From: a virus
Taxonomy: Duplodnaviria; Caudoviricetes
IMG/VR virus record: IMGVR_UViG_3300031644_000008
Location: 1 to 35,601 of that record
DNA length: 35,601 nucleotides
Reading direction: 5' to 3' (one strand)
Shown one piece after another: positions 33,515 through 35,601 of this stretch. The position numbers were made by a program, and so were the translations under genes. Under the pieces are notes generated by a model. It ran no database searches, had not been told where the DNA came from, and saw only the letters and a list, made by a program, of their open reading frames with translations. The stretch's first letter is position 1. Every line of letters begins with the position of its first letter.

Positions 33515-35178
33515 ATTATTTCCTCTGCGAACTGCGATTCATCATAGTCATCAAGCTCTCTGAGCCGTCCTGTACTGTTATCATACAGCAACTGAGAAGC
33601 AATGCCAACATCTCCGGTGTACCTAGACTTCAACACCCTGACCTTTGTGGTCGATGCTTCTATCTGATCATCTGATTGTTGGTTACGCTCCAGTGCAATC
33701 ACACAGTCACTCAACTGAGCAATACTTTGTGACCCTCTGAGATGATTTAGTCCTGTCTCTATTCCGTTCTCATGCCCACGGTTGCCCTCTACTCTGCGGA
33801 GGTGTGACACTAGGATCATACCGCACCCTGTCTCCTCTACCATAGTACGCAATCGGTGCATGATCTGGTCAATAGCTTTACGCTCGTCGTTCTCAAGCGT
33901 AGACAGAACAAGCATGTGAAGGTGGTCAACTATAACCCACTTACAATCTAAACCAATGATCATGTAGCGTAGCTTACTAAAGATCTCTTCAAGGTTATTG
34001 ACACCGTGATGGGCGTGTACCCATACCCGACCTTTGTTCTCGCCCATAAAGACTTTGTTGAAGTAGCCATCCAGTTCTTCTTCACTGAACTCAGCCTTAA
34101 CACTATCAAGATGTAGCTTGGCGTTTGCTTCCACTGCCATGATACCTTCAGCAGTACGTGACCAACTCTCTTCAAGTGCTAACACACCTACGTTATCTTC
34201 TGTTTTATTTATCAACCAGTGTTCAATCTCTCTGGTCACAGAAGACTTACCTAGTCCTGTGCCGCCTGTAAGGGTCACAAGCTCACCTGCTCTCATGCCT
34301 TCTAGCTTCTTGTTGAGGCCATACCAAGGATAAGGTATAGCTGTTTTCTTTTCTGACCGTAGCTTCTGATATGCTTCAAGCTGTTCGGACATGTTCAGTA
34401 CACCAGAAGGTGTATAAAGTTTAGCGTCCCAAAAAGAACTGACGTACTCTGCGTGTCTACCCTTGCGTAACATATCGTTAGCATCTTTGTAGTCTACTGG
34501 CAGTGTCATTATCTTAGCTTTCTTGGGGGTGAGTAGCTTAGCCACAGCTATCGCGGCTTCCTTGCCCACCTTGTCGTTGTCAAAATTAATACAGATAGTC
34601 TCGAATGACTCAAGGTACTCAAGACTATTCTTAACATCACCCACTCCACCTGACGCACCTGATCTAATAGAAACGACAGGCCACTTACTCCCCATAAGTT
34701 CATAAGCGGCCATCGCATCACACTCACCTTCTACTAAAGTTATAAACTTACCACCTGCTTTAAACAGGTTCTCGCCAAACAATCCTACGTGCCTTGGGCT
34801 TGCTGTCCATTCAAAGTTCTTGTCCTGCTTACGAACTTTTGTTGCCGCGAACTCATGCCCATTGTAATAGGGGTAGTAGTGCTTGTCTATCTTCGTTCCG
34901 TTGGTTGTTGATTTAACACCGTACTTCTTCGCTGTTTCTAAACTTATCTTGCGGTCAGTCAATGCATTGTATGTAGCTGTTGAGTTGTGGTTCATTGTAC
35001 TGTCCTTGGGACACACATCAAATTCCGTTAAGGTGTCGAGTTGTTGCACTTCCGTTGTGCCGTAGTCTGGTAAATATGTACTGCAACTGAAGCACCACCC
35101 AGATCCATTAGCGTTAACTGAAACTGGGTCGCTCCCTCCACAAGCAGGACATGGTTGCTTATGTTTAACAAAAGGCAA
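33511..35178 (-). CDS. DNA primase-helicase (T7 gp4-like)
   Basis: Zn domain CPAC...CFSC, TOPRIM EGECD / FDND / KDAND, SF4 helicase GGTGLGKS, LEES, VDHL, VSHL, LRGS and KSR. TTG start with GGAG. Confidence 0.95.
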   Translation of the reverse strand: MPFVKHKQPCPACGGSDPVSVNANGSGWCFSCSTYLPDYGTTEVQQLDTLTEFDVCPKDSTMNHNSTATYNALTDRKISLETAKKYGVKSTTNGTKIDKHYYPYYNGHEFAATKVRKQDKNFEWTASPRHVGLFGENLFKAGGKFITLVEGECDAMAAYELMGSKWPVVSIRSGASGGVGDVKNSLEYLESFETICINFDNDKVGKEAAIAVAKLLTPKKAKIMTLPVDYKDANDMLRKGRHAEYVSSFWDAKLYTPSGVLNMSEQLEAYQKLRSEKKTAIPYPWYGLNKKLEGMRAGELVTLTGGTGLGKSSVTREIEHWLINKTEDNVGVLALEESWSRTAEGIMAVEANAKLHLDSVKAEFSEEELDGYFNKVFMGENKGRVWVHAHHGVNNLEEIFSKLRYMIIGLDCKWVIVDHLHMLVLSTLENDERKAIDQIMHRLRTMVEETGCGMILVSHLRRVEGNRGHENGIETGLNHLRGSQSIAQLSDCVIALERNQQSDDQIEASTTKVRVLKSRYTGDVGIASQLLYDNSTGRLRELDDYDESQFAEEII

Positions 35179-35183
35179 GAGCC

Positions 35184-35411
35184 TTACTCCTTAGTTGGTT
35201 CTACTTCCTCTGTAGCTAATGCCTCGTCCGTGAGGTGGTTAGTTTTAAGATCGTTGATCAGCGATAAACTAGCTGATTTCATAAGCCCGATCATTATCTG
35301 TGCTTCACGCATTCTAGTATCTGCTTCTACTAAGTGTGCTACGATTAAGTTACCCTCATCTGAGAGCAACTCTGTATCATAGTTAACTTCATCTACTGTG
35401 ACAATTCCCAT
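35184..35411 (-). CDS. Hypothetical protein
   Basis: 75 aa, GGAGG RBS, TAATG overlap with the SSB stop. Confidence 0.7.
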   Translation of the reverse strand: MGIVTVDEVNYDTELLSDEGNLIVAHLVEADTRMREAQIMIGLMKSASLSLINDLKTNHLTDEALATEEVEPTKE

Positions 35412-35601
35412 TACAGTTCGTCCTCCATTGCTGTCTCTACATAAGCGCCATCAAACTCAGCACCGTCTGGTGTCCCTACCTCTACTAAATCAAGAACCTG
35501 CATTGCTTGAAAGTCTAAGCCTTTGAACGAGCCATACTTATTAGTAACTTCCCACTCGTTGTATTGCACCTTCACTGCTGAGCCGTTGCCGACCTGTGCA
35601 T
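35411..35601 (-). CDS. Single-stranded DNA-binding protein (T7 gp2.5-like), C-terminal fragment
   Basis: Hand translation: AQVGNGSAVKVQYNEW...GLDFQAMQVLDLVEV...AMEDEL*. GNGS and Q-V--LVE motifs plus an acidic tail. 5' end outside window. Confidence 0.75.
   Translation of the reverse strand, partial: AQVGNGSAVKVQYNEWEVTNKYGSFKGLDFQAMQVLDLVEVGTPDGAEFDGAYVETAMEDEL

Noticed and set aside
1-35601. Phage RNA-polymerase promoters, tRNAs, integrase/att sites, introns or inteins
   Set aside because: No repeated roughly 20-bp intergenic promoter, cloverleaf or recombinase motif was seen, and polymerase, helicase and RNR are uninterrupted and of ordinary length. Absence applies only to this window and to inspection by eye.

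Overview
A 35.6-kb stretch of a short-tailed (podovirus-like) dsDNA phage genome, probably marine and lytic, with two convergent gene arms. The + arm (1-26205) holds the 3' end of the portal, a head-associated low-complexity protein, scaffold, major capsid protein, two tail tubular proteins, a repeat-built tail fibre with a C-terminal intramolecular chaperone, small holin-like genes, five probable internal/ejection proteins, a peptidase M15 endolysin, three envelope-targeted proteins, a 3-TM holin and a cluster of tiny basic proteins. The - arm (26202-35601) holds the 3' end of a T7 gp2.5-like SSB, a T7 gp4-like primase-helicase, an HNH endonuclease, a T7-like family A DNA polymerase, a GIY-YIG endonuclease, a PD-(D/E)XK nuclease, an endonuclease I-like resolvase, a DUF3310 protein and a class II ribonucleotide reductase. 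No tRNA, CRISPR array, integrase, terminase or RNA polymerase is visible. The main unexplained signals are: (1) four RNA hairpins with different stems but a shared CYAC/(C/A)C internal loop, clustered around the scaffold start; (2) a recurring [FYKM]-x-x-G-G peptide tag in head/internal proteins, next to a tape-measure-C-terminus-like domain; (3) about 51 uninterrupted Gln/Asn-rich hendecad repeats in an internal virion protein; (4) apparent avoidance of GCWGC, CCWGG and GGWCC; (5) a three-gene envelope cassette between the endolysin and the holin. All product calls come from motif recognition and gene order by eye; no database searches were run.
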